Source: the human T2T-CHM13v2.0 reference genome, Homo sapiens
Assembly: GCF_009914755.1 (NCBI RefSeq)
Contig: NC_060925.1
Reading direction: 5' to 3' (one strand)
Length of the DNA: 64,000 nt
The translations under genes and the position numbers were made by a program. The notes below the pieces were generated by a model. That model was not told the DNA's origin. It made no database searches and worked only from the letters and a program-made list of their open reading frames with translations. Position 1 is the first letter of the stretch. Each line of letters opens with the position of its first letter. Positions 1-17,660 of this stretch are shown piece after piece.

Positions 1-455
1 GTTTTCCCAGTTTTAGCCAATGGCATCCCCTTCCATCTGGATCCTGTGTTCTTTTGACATGGCTCCATTATTTGTTAGCATTTCCTTACTTTCTGGCACA
101 TACCACAACAAAGATGTTCTAAGCATATCTTATACTTTCCCTGCTCCAGACCTGGAAACATTTCTTCAAGGAGCAGTGTTGCTTTTGGTGGGGAAGGTAT
201 TAGAAACCAAGATACAGGTGCTAGGCTTATTGCTAACAGTGTTATTTAGCAGACAGATAGTAAACACACACATATATACATAGTGTATAGCTAAATCTAT
301 TTCTTTTGCTATCCATATAAATAAAGAGATATATATCTGAAGCATCATGTATTTATAATGACACTTCCCATTTCAACCAGCACCACAGAGTTTATTCTAG
401 TTTTTCCTTTTTCCATATTTGTAACTCCCCTGGTCACTGAGAAACCTGGCTCCCA
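1..455 (-). mobile_element. Ancient L1M (L1MC/ME-type) 3' fragment
   Basis: Resembles recalled old L1 3' UTR motifs (tagaaaccaagat...gtgctagg; gagaaacctggctccca). Confidence 0.5.
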
Positions 456-699
456 TTTTGAGTTAGGTTTCTTTGTGACACCCAAGTGAAGAGCTGAGTA
501 GGCTGATGGCTTATAAGGATCTGGAGCTCAGAAGAGGTGCTTTGGCCTTATAGGGTAATGGGAGGAGTAGAGGTGATAATTTAAGCTCAGGAATGCTGTA
601 CCACACTTACCATGTTAGGTAATAATGTAGAGGGCAGGAGGGAGCTAACTTTTAATTGGTACCTTCTTGGAAGGCAAGGCTCTATGTGTAGGTACCGTA

Positions 700-1110
700 C
701 AGTCTTGGTAAATATTTGAGTGCGTACTGTGTTTCAGACGCAGTTCCAGGTACTAGTGACACAGGACAGATAAGTATCTTGCTCTCCTTCAGGTACCTTA
801 TAGTGAGAGGAGGTAGAAATAAAATATTATGGGATAGTAATAGTTGTTATCTAGAGAATTAAACTACAATGAGTGACTGGGTGGTCAGGGAAAGTGTGTT
901 TGAGGAGGTTACATTTAACTGAGATCTGAATGGAAAGAGCCAACCATTCATTCGGTTAAGGGGAGGAACATTAGAGGCAGAAGGCCTCTAGTGCATGGGC
1001 CAAAAGGTCTGAACCTGGCATATTCTAGCAACAGGAAGAGTTGGGTGTTTGGAACATAGCGGCCTGGGGAAAGTGGAGGAAGTTGAGGTCAGAGTAGGAG
1101 TAGGCAGTAC
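700..1110 (-). mobile_element. L2 fragment
   Basis: L2-like motifs gtggtcagggaaag...tgaggagg...gagatctgaa. Confidence 0.5.
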
Positions 1111-1185
1111 TTTTGTGGAATATGGAGAAACTAAAACTCAGAGAAGTTAATTACTGAACTCAAGATCCCATCAAGTAAATGGCTG

Positions 1186-1498
1186 GGCCGGGCATGGTGG
1201 CTGGTGCCTGTAATCCCAGCACTTTGGGAGGCCAAGGCGGGCAGATCATCTGAGGTCAGGAGTCCAAGATCAGTCTGGCCAACATAGTGAAACCCCATCT
1301 CTACGAAAAATACAAAAATTAGCTGGGTGTGGTGGCACATACCTGTAGTCCCAGCTACTCGGAAGGCTGAGGCACAAGAATTGCCCGAACCCAGGAGGTG
1401 GAGGTTGCAGTGAGTCGAGATCACGTCACTGCACTCCAGCCTGGGCGACAGAGTGAGACTCTTTCTCAAAGAAAAAAAGAAAAAAAAAAGAAAAAAAA
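1186..1498 (+). mobile_element. Alu (AluS-like) within a MIR relic
   Basis: ggccgggcatggtgg start, dimer, A-tail; MIR-like gaaactaaaactcagagaagttaa upstream. Confidence 0.95.
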
Positions 1499-4295
1499 GT
1501 AAGTGGTAAAATTAGGACTCAACCGATTCTTTTAAAATCTAAAGCCTATACTTTCTCAAAGCCCAAATTTTTCCAAATTTTGGAATGGATGCAGGTAGTG
1601 AATGTAGGTAAACTGAAAACCTATGTGGTTTTGAGAGGGATTGCTGTCACAGAAGTTAAGTGTGGCCCAGAGAAAACTAAAGTTTCTCAAAGCGTGTACA
1701 AGGAGTAAATAATGATTACTAGCACAGAATCAGGTAGTAAACTTGAGGGGGAAATTTGAAACCTGGGAGTACTTTCAGGAAAAGGCTAGTGACTAGAATT
1801 TTTTTTAATAACATTTTTATTTATTCATCAAATCTTTCCTTACCACGTACCAGGCGCTGAGTTAGGCCCTAGAGATTCATATCATGGTAAATGAGGAAGA
1901 CATGATCCTTGCCCTTTGGTCATATATTAGGGTATTCATATCGGTACACCCTTGTCAACAGTGGGTTTAAACTTTTTTTTTGTTTGTTTGCCATTTTGAT
2001 AACTTTAATTACTGGTACTATGAAGTTTTAAATGTTATTGATCATCTTTATGTCTTTTGGTTAATTTCAAGTTCAGATTCTGTGGCTTACTTTTAATTGG
2101 AGTTCTTTGAAACTTAGAAGTTCTATAATAGTTATTACCTTAGAAACTATTTTTTAGATTTGGAAAATAAGGTGGCATTCCTATGATTTAGTGTGATGAT
2201 ATTTCTAAAATGTACTCCCCTCCTGCTTCCTGCCCCTTTATTGCTTTTAATAAATCTGTGTCACTTGCTGGAATGTGGATGCAACTGGTAGCTAACCCAG
2301 TTTTATAGAAAATTGCCTTGAGCAGTACTGTCTCTGCTCCCTCTACCTGTACCTCAAGCATTTCAGGTGGATGTTACTTTCAAAACTTAGGTCTAGTCAG
2401 GACTTATAGTAGCATGATTAAATTATGTTCTGCTTAAGTCATGGTATACAAGAAAAACTCATCTCATATCCTTTGCAATTCTAGCAGTGGTATTTCATTC
2501 AGCTGTTCTGTCTGTATTAATTTCTTACTTTTTGTGTTCTGGAGGTTAGGGAGAGAGTGAAACCCCTTATCTTTGATTTTGCTGTTTATTTTCTAATATG
2601 CTGTTTCAGTTCATTTTTTTTTAATGTGGTACAATTCCAAACTTTAAAAAAAATAATAGTTTTATACCATTGGTAAAATGATAGACACATTTGAAGTCTT
2701 CTCTTAAGTATATTTAGCTCTTGAAGACTTGTTTTTAAAATGACCTATTTTATATTCAGTATGAAGTTTTACATTCTCTTGAGGGCTGAAAAATCTATTT
2801 TTGTTGTATTCTTGAAACAGTCTTTGATTAGCTGTGGATCCTTTCCCTTTTCCTTGCATTGGGGTCTTTTTAAAACTTACACTTTCACAACTTAGGTTAG
2901 TGGATATGCTTTAATGAAATGGAAGCAACCCCTGGACTCTTGTCTTCCACCTTCCACCCTTTTGATCTTGGCAAATCATTATTATGTTTGAGCCTGTTTA
3001 GCAAGATGGTGTAGAGCTATAATTCTGTGCTTATCAGCTATGTGCCCCTGGGCAAGATGTCCTTTCTTGAGTTCTTTATCTGTAAAATAAGGTAAGAGGG
3101 TTGTCAGAATTAAATGACAGAATGCATGTTTAGGACTGTGTCTGACAAGATGTTATAAAGGTCATATATGAAAATGGATGTAAAAGCAGTAAGTAAATGC
3201 TAGGTGGATATATAGGTATGATAGATAAATTTGTAATCCTGATAATGAGCATTTACTTTTCACAGCTAATATTTAGATGCCAAATAACTTATATTAGCCA
3301 TTTTTTACTGATACAGGAAATAAAAATCCATTGTTTATACATTTGATAAGTTATCTTAAAATCAAATAATTTTCCTTTTACAGCTGTTCTACTAATAGTT
3401 TCTGTTTATTTCCTACAATACTAAAGTGTAAATGAATACCAGCACTATATTCTGCAATTTAAAACTGAACTTCACCATCACGCTGAGGCAGCTATATTAA
3501 ATTTAAAGCTGGCTCACTACTGGGTAGTGCATCTACGAAGAAAGGAAAGTGTTTTCAATTATTAAATGAGGATGATATTTTTAGATGTCACCAAAATCCC
3601 AAATTGATACATCCACTCTTGACCTCTTTCCAGAGTCCTATATCTCCAGCTGCTTATTGGATATTTCCACTTGGATATTTTTGCTATTGTTTCAAACTCA
3701 ATATGTCTAAAACTGAGTTTTTGATCTTGCTTTTAGAATTGGTGCTGCCTCTGATTTTCATTTTTCTATTAATGATATCACTGTTTCCCTCATAACGTAG
3801 GCTTATTATTGATTTCCATCTTGACCCTCTTTCTTTGCTTTATTCCTGGGTACTTTTTGTTTGTCTTTAGCAGTTAGTCTCTTATGTCCTATACTTTCTG
3901 TTTTCACTACTGCCTTTGAACTTCATTTCCTTATATCTATATGGTAATCTTCTATCTCTGATTTTTATGGCCATCAATATTAAATACCAGATTGTTCCAA
4001 AACGTCAGTCTTAATGTGACACTGTCCTGTAAAACTGTCAGCACCTCCTTGTTAGCTAATATACAAAGTCCTCGTGTTTAAAAGATGAATATTTCTTTCA
4101 AGTCCTCATCACGAACCTCTCCCATTCCAGCTTTGCCTCTTACTGCTTTCCCACATGAACTCTTCTCTCCACCCAGATTGTTCAATTTGGTGTCTCTTCA
4201 CATCTTTTTTCCCTACTCTTTCTCTCCTCCCTCTCCTTACGTTTAGAAAGGCTCTTTTTTTTCTGACTAAAATTCTGCCGATTCCTGCTATTCTA

Positions 4296-4593
4296 TTTTT
4301 TTTTTTTTTTTTTTGAGATAGAGTTTCACTCTTGTTGCCCAAGCTGGAGTGCAATGGCGCGATCTCACTCTCTGCAACCTCTGCCTCCTAGGTTCAAGCA
4401 ATTCTACTGTCTCAACCTCCCAAGTAGCTGGGATTACAGGCACCTGTCACCATGCCTAGCTAATTTTGTGTTTTTAGTAGAGAGGGGTTTCATCATATTG
4501 GTCAGGCAGGTCTGGAACTCCTGACCTCAGGTGATCTGCCCACTTCGACCTCCCAAAGTGCTGGGATTACGGGCGTGAGCCACCGCGCCCAGC
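4296..4593 (-). mobile_element. Alu (AluS-like)
   Basis: PolyT followed by reverse-complement Alu dimer. Confidence 0.95.
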
Positions 4594-5856
4594 TGCAGAT
4601 TTTTCGAAGTACCAGTTTTGGTTAGTATTGTGGCATTATTGAGCTTATATTAAAGCTGCCTATTCAGGAAACAGCTAAGATCAGTGATGGGATGGCTGGC
4701 TTCAGAAACTCACTTTCTAGAGAGAAGGCAGGTGAGGGACTGGCTAGGTCTCAGGACAGAGCTATCAGGTTCTATAATTGCAGCTCCATGTTAACCTCTA
4801 ACTCAGAAGCCCTACCTCTGGGGGACATACCTCATCCTTGTCCTGCTTCGATGAGAGGTATAGAGCCCAGGTAAGAAATGGAGAGGAGGAGGAAGAGATA
4901 CAGGGTAGAATAGGCAAGAAAACTTGTAAAACAATGAGAAGTATTTTGTTTCTCTCGTTTGTTTTGGTAATTTTGCTGCTGTCAAATACAAATGCCTTTG
5001 CTTAAGTTGATTTGGGAGCAGACATTGGGAGAGTGGGAGTGGACATTGGAAGAGTAGGACTTGGCATTCTTAAAGGGTAGTGGCTAGCAGGAAAGAGAAA
5101 CTTCGGAGGAGATTTTGGTTTTCTTCCCATCTCCCATTTCTAAACTACTACTTATGTTTTAGTCGAACTTGTCAGTTGGGTGCCCAGGAAGTCTTTTTCA
5201 GGTAGGATGGGGAGTGGTCAGTGGTAATGTGGCAATATCAGTGGTTTACTAGTGTAAGGGATTTTTAAGAGTAGTTCTCTCCTAAACAATTGCTATAATT
5301 CTTTTTCAGTAGTGTCAGCAAGCTAAGCATGAAGGGAGAGACGGCAGAGGTCTTGAGGCAAAGAGATAGAATAAGTTAGGCAGTCTCTATTCTGCAGCTC
5401 ATTAGCTGTAAAACTGGGCAGATGATTTTGTATTCTCAGGTGGCAAGGACTAGCAGTCTCCTGAAATACCTATTGTGCATTTCCATGTTGACAGCTTGCC
5501 TGTGAGGAGCGTCATTGAAATTAGTTTTTAGGAATCTTATAGTTCATTCTGTAGATTTGACTATGAATGTGGGAATACTTTCCCAAGAGCCACTAGACTC
5601 AGAAAGCTTTTCTCCTTGTCTTGTAGTCCCTTTTTGGAATATACTCAGAAAGTATCTTCTGTAAAGGAAATTTGTATCTTTGTCTCATTCCAGAGTATAT
5701 GTCAAAGTTTAATGAATCATCTTTTCAGTTAAAGGGTTATTGCTATATTTTTAGAGGGAATCTTAAATTCTATGACATAAATAATAATTATTAATTAAAT
5801 TCTATGTTTCTTTTATAAAAATCTTGTAAGAGAATTTTTTCCATTAATCTTTATAG

Positions 5857-6116
5857 AAAATGTGCCAGAGGAACTTCAAGAACCATTTTACACAGATCAG
5901 TATGACCAGGAACACATCAAACCACCTGTTGTTAATTTGCTTCTATCGGCTGAACTATACTGTCGTGCTGGGAGTCTCATTCTCAAGAGTGATGCTGCAA
6001 AACCCCTTTTGGGCCATGATGCTGTAATCCAGGCTTTAGCACAGAAAGGTCTTTATGTCACTGACCAGGAAAAATTGGTAACTGAACGAGATCTCCACAA
6101 GAAACCCATACAGATG
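5857..6116 (+). CDS. CAMSAP2: CAMSAP2 internal coding exon (probably exon 2), N-terminal region
   Basis: Acceptor ttatag|AA AAT GTG, donor CAG ATG|gtgagt. Translates (E)NVPEELQEPFYTDQYDQEHIKPPVVNLLLSAELYCRAGSLILKSDAAKPLLGHDAVIQALAQKGLYVTDQEKLVTERDLHKKPIQM, recognised as CAMSAP-family N-terminus. 260 nt, phase 1 to 0. Confidence 0.95.
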
Positions 6117-6470
6117 GTGAGTCTTTATATACCCAAGATTATTTTAAGTTTGAAGTGTGTACTTTTGAGTGTGAATGATATACTGTAAAACAGAGGGAAA
6201 TGTTTTGAAATTGGATTGTATTTTTGCCTAGAGTTTACAACTCATCTTTTTCTTAACCTTGTTTCCAAATGAAGGAAGATTTTAACGATTTTGGAATGTT
6301 TGGTGCCATCTAATACCTTGGAGAAACAACTACATAATTTCCAACTACCTTAATGTAATTTTAATTGAAAACTTTTATTTTTTCCGTTGTAGAGACTGGC
6401 TAGAAGAGATGGAAAATGCATCCTTGACTTTATCATTAGGAAAGAGTTGAGATTAATAAGTGCTGATTTA

Positions 6471-6827
<357 letters not shown>

Positions 6828-7921
6828 TTATTTGATAGCTTTGAACTCATTCTTGTAGACAACACACACAGAAGGCCTCTAAGCTGGCCTGGGGCCATCA
6901 TGCAGGAACTCTCTCATAGGCAGTCTCAGGAAACATAAATCTAAATGTTTAAGTTCATTGTATGCTGGTTCAGTCCATTGTACTGCTTTAGCTTGAGTTT
7001 CACAAAATGTGGACATCATCAAGGATGGTATTAGAAAGAAAAGTGGTTTTTCCATACTCGATTAAATCAAAGAGTAGTAGTTTTGCTTGGGAGGAAGGTA
7101 AGGTGTATATGTAGAAAAGTATATTATAAAATTTATGAAGTTATGTAATTTAGGAAGAATGAACAAAAAAATTAGTTTATAAAATCTATTACTAAATGAG
7201 GTGATGACCTGTTTTGTTTTCTGGTTTTTTTCCTTCTTTAAAGTAACTCTTTTAATATTTCTAAGTAATGGAAAATAATGTATTGATTAGTTAATGGAAT
7301 TTATAGATTTACAATATAGTTATTAACAATAACTAGAATATTGATTATCCAGTATGAGATTGTCATCTTTCATTGATGGCTCCAAAATCACCTTATAGTT
7401 ACCCTCTGACTTTGGCATACCTGCTTTGCATACATATCATATGTGAACAGTTTGCCCATACCAGGGACAAGCAGAATCTACTTAGGTCCTTATCAGTGTC
7501 TCATATTCATCTCCCCCAGAATCATTCCCCTAGCTGGACACTCCAGCTTGTGATTACTTCTGCTTCCGTTGTTTGAAGGCTAAGTGGATAGTTAGAAAGC
7601 ACATCCATGACTTTGTGAAGCAGTGTTTGTTTAGTTGCTGTTCTTTCAGATACAGATATATATGTCATAGATAACCTACTTATCCTTAGAGTGTCTATTT
7701 CAGATCCTCTAATAAGAATGAAACAAATTTAACATGTTTTCTACATTTTTTTCCAGTGTAGTTTGTATGTGTGAAATACTTGGACAATTAATTTTAAAAT
7801 GAGGGGTTTGGTAGACTGCTGATTGTGTTACTCATGTTTCTTTCACACTTTATTGATCCTGCTGATAGCTTTGAATGTATTTTAATAATATTTAAGGAAT
7901 GGAGTTTAAATGACTTAGAAT

Positions 7922-8200
<279 letters not shown>

Positions 8201-8258
8201 CGGCATGGGCAACATAGAATCTTTATCTCTGGTTCTAACTTCTATTTGTGGATTGTTA

Positions 8259-8577
<319 letters not shown>

Positions 8578-8811
8578 AGAACTTGAGAACTTCATATTTG
8601 ACCTACATCATCTTAACCCTTTGCAGTGTCACATTTACCAACCTGTGTTTTAATTGTTTACTTTCAACTTTTATCACAATTTGATTTAAAGTTTTCCAGT
8701 TGCTGTGGCATTTTGATTGATGATATTTAATGTAACTATTTTCCTGAAACCTGCGTGAGAAAATTTCTCAGATTACTAGTAAAAAGTTGTTCCTTAAGAA
8801 ACTATGTTTTT

Positions 8812-9100
<289 letters not shown>

Positions 9101-9839
9101 AAGAAACTATTTTTTTAAAGAGTAAAGTAAGAGTTAATGTAAATTATCAGTTTTTTTTTCCTGCTTTTTGGGAAGTATCATGAAAAATAGTGTGTTTAAT
9201 TGCACTGAATATATTGCCCCCCACTTCCACTTCTAAATTATTTTTAATTTGGGATATTTTATTTCTGTATGCCAGCCTTTTGGGGGGAAAAAAAGTGTGG
9301 TGGTAGCAAAAGTATCATCCTAATTTTTCAAGAAATAATGTTAGTACTAATTCTTTTTCTTCAAAGTCTCAGTATAAAAATTTCCTGTGAAATAATATAT
9401 ATGAAGACAGAAATCTTTAGAAGAATTTACACCAGACTGTTAACTTTGGTTTCTTCTGTGAAATGGGATTAAATAGGATTGGAGAAATAAATGGTAACTT
9501 TCATATCTTATTTGATGTATTTCTGCACTATTAACATTTTTATATGATTTTACTGTTTTAAAATTTAAAATGTAGAGAAGAAATTTAAATTCAAATAGAA
9601 ATTATCATTATCTGAAATAACATGCCTTGTATGCATACTAAATATTTCTGATAGTTAAATTGTTAAAGAGAAATAAGTATCCTGCATTTAGCCTTTAAGC
9701 AGACATAGGAAATAAGAATAAATATTGAAGACCTCTCTAAATGGTTAAATTCCAAATATCCCGTAAATGGCAATTCAAACCTTTAAGATATCTTTTCTGT
9801 AGTTCCTTTTAGTAATCAATCTTTAAAAAGAAAAGATGT

Positions 9840-10159
<320 letters not shown>

Positions 10160-10245
10160 TCAAAACAAAAACATTTCTCTCAATCTCCACCCCAAAATTA
10201 ATACTACAATCTGCTTATCAGTCAAACTTGCCTTAGTCATACTTC

Positions 10246-10546
<301 letters not shown>

Positions 10547-11144
10547 ATATGTTATGTTCTATGTATCCAGCTGACCACTGACATCTCCGCTTGAATGATG
10601 TTTGAACTAAAAATCTAATGAGGAAGAAAACTGGGAAAAAAAACTAGACAGTATGAAATAAGTGTTCTAACTTTAAGCAATAGATACTGAGATCTTAGAG
10701 GTGGATGTGATCATCTCTATTAGGGAGGATCAGGGAAGGCATCACAGGGTAGAATGATAAATGGGATTTCAGTAGTTGGGAAAAGGGATGGGATGAGAGT
10801 AGTAACTGGGTTGAAGGAATTGTTTGACTCAAGATTGAACTGTGAAGGTATGTTAAGTATTATAAATTAAAATATTGACTGCATGGAGGGATAAATGTCA
10901 GATGAGGCTAAAAAATAATTTAGAGCTAGATCATGAAGAGTCTGTAAGTTAGATAATGAGGAGGCTGTAAGTCTGAGTTAAGGATTTTTAACTTTCTGTG
11001 GGTTACAGAATCATGGAATAGATTTTCATACTATATTACAAAACACTTGGAAGCATTGCAAACTGAACCGCTATACTGTCAGCTTAGTTTAAATAATTAT
11101 TGCAGTCTGTTAATTCTCAGATTTTATCTATTGTTTATTTATGA

Positions 11145-11441
<297 letters not shown>

Positions 11442-12056
11442 TATCAGGTAGCTCTTTTCATTTAGTTTACTGTGTGCCATGCAGTGTGCTTACACTTTAA
11501 CACTCTATCTTACGTAATTTAATTCTTACAACAACTCCAAGAGGAAAGGATCATCCCTTTTCTATTGATGAAGAAACTGAGGCTTTGAGAATATAAGGTC
11601 ACAGAGCAAGTATAGTTAAGTAGTGAAGGCAGGATTCTGAACATCTCTGCTTTAACTATAAATCCTATATTCTTTTTCGGTTTTTTTTCTTATTTTACTT
11701 CTCTTTTACATGATAACAGGATAAATCCTATGTTCTTAACCACTAAATTGTATTTTCGTCTTTGCCTAGGGAATAGGTAGATGGGAAGTAGTAAGGTGGA
11801 AGGAAATAGAAATGGTGTGCCACCTGGAACTCTGCCTGGTGGTTTGTTTGAAATCTTGGTAATTTGCCTAGGTTTCTTTCCAAAGTAATTTCCCCTCTCT
11901 GTTCCATTTACCCACTCTGTTCCTGTATTAAAGGTTATGTTAATTCCATGTACCTTAGGAGTAATTATAGCAGTTAAGTAGAATGACTGCTGACAGGGGA
12001 TGAAGTAGAGTTGTGACAGAGTCTAGGTGGACATGAGTTAATTGATACAGTATTTA

Positions 12057-12418
<362 letters not shown>

Positions 12419-13635
12419 TTACCATTATTTTTGCTGGATACACAAAATGTATTGAGAACAGAGAAGCTGATCCCAGGAACTTTGTGTTGTCCCTCTTTTT
12501 TTTTTTTTTTTTAAACATATTGGTCTTATTTGGCAACTATGCTTAGGAATTTCCATTGTGTCACCATCTGTTGGAACTCAAGTGTAATTTACTTGTGTAG
12601 AGGCTTGTTAAAAAAAATCCTTTCCCTGTTTAAGAACAGGATTATATAAATGTAGTATTGTAATAGTAGGTGAGAAGACATTAATTTCTGGTCACCCTTG
12701 TATATGAGTGGCTTGCAAATTTATAAGCCAAACCTGTCTTTGAAAAATTAATTACATTCTCATAGATGTTGTTGAACAGGGTTTTCTTCTTCATGCACAG
12801 TGCTAGAACTCAATTTTCTGTTTACTACTCATGTACCTAATAATGTTCCATTATTTCTAGGTAACATCTATACCTCTGTTACAAATTCACAATATCTTTT
12901 GATACCTTACAACCATGTTTATCATGTTAGAGTAACTCTTTATTTGTGATCATTTATTTGGAGCTCCAAGTTTACTTTCTCATAGAAATAACTTGATGAA
13001 TGGTACTTACTTTACTAGGTGATCTCACAAAGACTCTTTTTAATAAAACTGAATTGTCAGACCATTTATTAATTTATTTAAGGAGCTTCTGCATTGTCCT
13101 TTGTATTTTCTACCATGATTACAAAGAGTTTCATGTTCTTCAGTGTCTCACTTTCTAGCGGTGGCTTATAGAAAACTGTCCAATGTTTTAGGAGTGTAAA
13201 GGCACCAAACTCTGTACTACACTTCAACTGAGTTTTGAAGGATGCGGAGGAATTTACCACATAGAGAAATGAAGGCTGTGTTGTACGGTATTGTATTTGG
13301 GAGTATAATGGGATGTTAAAAGGGAGTGTGAGAGCATGGTGACCCTCAGGTCAAAGGAAGCAGCTTAGTTGTGGCGTTAGCACTAGCTGCCTTTTGAGGG
13401 GTGATAAGAAACGAGATCACAGAGTTAGATAGGGTTAGGGCATGAATGATGTTTTGTGCTATGCCAAGTGTTTACGTTATCCTGGAAGTGATGGGAACCC
13501 TAGTGTAGGGTTTTAAGCCAGAGAGGGTATCATCAGATTTGTGTTTCAGAAAGTCACTGTGGTGTATTGTAGAAGAGATACCACTTAGGAGGCTGTTGAA
13601 ATAGCTGGAGGCCTGAACTAAGGTGCAGGCCATGA

Positions 13636-13969
<334 letters not shown>

Positions 13970-14387
13970 GGAGAGACCTCGTTAAGGTAGGATTGAGATG
14001 ATACCTTGATTTATCAAGAATTGGGAGATTAGGAAGAGAAACCAGAACAGGGCTGGCAAAAAATATTTTATCCCTTATGTCAACTCTAATTAATTAATTA
14101 GTAGTTAACTACTGGAAGGTGGGAAAAACTAGCTCCTTGGTTTTCACTCTGTTCCTTTGGGAGCCTCGGGGTCTAGATGTTCCCTTCCCCATCCTTTGTT
14201 CCTCCTAGTGCTTTTGAACTCTTGTATTTTTTACCTAATAGTGGTAAATGACAAAAACAAGTAAAGGAACAGCTTTATAAGTTTGAAGTCTTGAGCTGAT
14301 ATTGCTAAACTTACTATTTTTGATGAGAAAGATAAAGGCTGTTCTGTAAGACTCATACTAAGTTTCTCTTTTCTTCTTAGAAAAAGA

Positions 14388-15068
14388 GTTGAAAAGAGTT
14401 TTTCCCAACACACCAAGCAACGGACACCAGTGGGGTGTCCTCTAATTCAGTTCCAACATTATCTACCTGGAGATAGTATCAGATCAGTGTCAGATCCCAC
14501 AGGTTGAGGGCTTAGTCCCCAAGACTACCCCACCACCACACCAGTCACAAGTCCAGGCCTCCGGTACTTCTCACTGACCGGCTTCAAGTTGGGGTTCCCA
14601 TGACCCCCTCTTTGGGTTCAGTTAATTTGCTGGAGCAACTCACAGAACTCAGGGAAACTCTTACTTACATTTACTGGTTTATTATAAGGGATATTGCAAA
14701 GGATACAAATGAAGACACGTTTAGGGCAAGGTATGGGAGAAAGGGTGCACCACCCTCCAGGAACCTCACTGTGCTTAGCTGTCCAGAAGCTCCCTGAATC
14801 CTCTTCTCAGTTTTTTGAAGCTTTATAATCTTGGCATCCCTTTTCCCAGGGTATAGGGTGGGACTGTCTCATAGAGGGTCTTAAGACCCACAGTCAGAAA
14901 GGCAGGAGAAGATTAGATTCCTGCCTTGGGGCAGGTGAAAGGAGGGCAGGAGATTCTGTTTCCTGAGGCCTAACACACCCAAGATTATAATGAAAGACTA
15001 TAACAAGGGCTTTAGAAGTTATGAACCAGGAACTGTAGATGGAAAGCAATATATATCATAACACCACA
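14388..15068. mobile_element. Solo LTR, MER21/MER39-like
   Basis: Recalled motifs ggacaccag..gggtgtcctctaattca; tatctacctggagatag..cagatcccacaggttgagggct; aatttgctggagcaactcacagaactcagggaaac; ends cataacaccaca. Confidence 0.75.
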
Positions 15069-15435
15069 GTGATCAAGTAGATAGATGATTCTCCCCTATC
15101 ATGTCTTGGAAGATGTGAGGTGTGGGATTAAAAAAGTGAGTGTGGAAACGGGATAGGACCGAAGGTACAGAATTGTAGGGATGACATGAGGGATGAGGAA
15201 AATTGAGTACACTTTACAAATATTATGAATGTAATGTATGATATAGGTGGTGCCCTATTGATGAGGAAATTGATCTATAACTGACTCCAAAAGGTGAGTT
15301 AACTTGCCCAAAGTCAAACAGGTAATAAACGATAATGTTAGGATTTAAACTTGCATCTGCTGATTCCAAAGCCCATGCTTATTCTGTTTACACCATGAGG
15401 CCTTCCCAAACCAAAACAAAATGTCCCCCTACTAT

Positions 15436-15730
15436 TTCTTTTTTTTTTTTTTGAGACGGAGTCTCTGTCTCCCAAGCTGGAGTGCAGTGGCGCCATCTTG
15501 GCTCACTGCAAGCTCTGCCTCCTGGGTTCACGCCATTCTCTTGCCTCAGTCTCCTGAATAGCTGGGACTACAGGTGCCCGCCACCACACCCAGCTAATTT
15601 TTTTGTATTTTTAGTAGAGATGGTGTTTCATTGTGTTAGCCAGGATGGTCTCAGTCTCCTGACCTTGTGATCCACCCACCTCGGCCTCCCAAAGTGCTGG
15701 GATTACAGGCGTGAGCCACCGCACCTGGCC
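15436..15730 (-). mobile_element. Alu (AluY-like)
   Basis: Y-type motifs cactgcaagctc and ttcacgccattctc; TSD tactatttct. Confidence 0.93.
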
Positions 15731-17099
15731 TACTATTTCTATAGTACTTAATAGTTTGTAAAACATGTATACGTTATTATTATTATTTTCTGATAATAAC
15801 CAGAGAAGGCAAATAGGGCAGTTATTACCATCTCTTTTTTCACAAGTAAGGAAACTTTACGGATGGGTTTATTTAGTAGATACTCGGTTCTTAGTGGAAA
15901 GAGGTGTAGAAAGAAAAAATGCATAGATCATGATCACATGGCTAGGCTAGTTAGTAACAGAGCAGAGATAGATCCCAATCTTCTTACTTCTAACCCAGTG
16001 CTTATTCTACAAATGCATCCTGCAGCCATCCTTTTTCCTGTCCTTGTGGATTATACCATGTATTGATTCCGGAAAGACTAACAGAGAATATGAGCATGGA
16101 GTAGGATGTCAAACACTGAGAGGCGATAGCAAAGAAGGGGAGAGGGGAACAGGGCAGGAATCCCAAGAATAGGAATAGAAGGGAGAAAAGGGGATTGTTT
16201 TGCTCACCTGACTAAAGCATTATTTTCTCATATAAGAGATATATCTTGTTTAGTGACCACCGACAGGAAGATTTAGATCTACAAAAATAATTTACTTTGC
16301 AAAGTAATTTTTTATTTAAAAAATGTTTAGAATTAATTTTACATTGTTTTAGAAAAATAGAACTTGAAGTAACAAGTTTTCAAGAACACATGTGAAATGA
16401 AAAATACCATATTCATTATAATGTTTAATATAATGTTGATTATATTAAAAATTATCTCGTTCTTAAGTAAAATATACATTCTCCTTTACTGATAACATAT
16501 TTTATATTTTTTATATTGTACCACATATCATGCCTGGTACATAAGGGCTTGATAAACAAAGTGTTAATTTCTGGTCATAAAGAGATATTTTAGACAAATT
16601 GGGGAGGTGGATAATTCCTTATTTTTCCAGAGACCATGTCTATGCCTCTCACTTTGCTTTTGGCCATTGCTGATTGATCTCAGGATTAAGAAATCAGATG
16701 TAAGATGGGCTGACTAGATTGTTTTCTGGAAAACTGGAAACCCAAAGGGAGGGAGAATCACTGTACAGTGATGGAAGGTGGTTGGAACCACCCTGTCTTA
16801 TAGAAGCAGTGCCCTAGGGAGAAATCTGTGAGCTCCTGCTGCTGAAATACCGGTGCTGCTCAATTTCCATGCTTTCTGAGCTTAGTGTTTTGGCTCTTCC
16901 TTAGATTCTGTGAACTACTTTAGTGTTCCCTCAGTAAATTACAGCTAATTTAACAGGGTTAGATTCTGTTGCCTGCCATTAAAAGAACTGTAGCTAAACA
17001 ATAAATAAATAAAAAGCCACCCATTGACCATTTTTACTCACTTGAGGACAGATTTCATTACAGAAGTATAGTTTTAGAGCTGAAAGAGATCCTAGCAAT

Positions 17100-17340
17100 C
17101 ATCTGGTCTCGAGTTTTGAAATTCTCTTAACTATGACTCACAGTTAGGAATGCATTTTACTTCAAGATACCCACCTGGTTTACCTAGTTACACATGTATT
17201 ACAGAAACAAAAGTACTTATCCTTGTAACTTTATTTTTTTAAGATTCTATTTGAAAAAAAAATATGGGTTGTGACCAACTAAATTGACTTTATGCATGAC
17301 CCATGAATGGGTTATAAACCCACATTTAAAAAATACTAAT
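17100..17340. mobile_element. hAT-Charlie-type DNA transposon relic (MER102-like)
   Basis: gggttgtgacc...aatgggttataaacccacatttaaaaaatac terminal motif. Confidence 0.4.
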
Positions 17341-17343
17341 GTA

Positions 17344-17660
<317 letters not shown>

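Noticed and set aside
6117-6188. C-terminal extension of ORF 5862..6188 (VSLYIPKIILS...)
   Set aside because: Read-through past the gtgagt donor into intron; the true frame continues at 52363.
6370-6470. Strong-looking acceptor ttttatttttccgttgtag at 6392
   Set aside because: No convincing donor nearby and no protein similarity; runs into an Alu.
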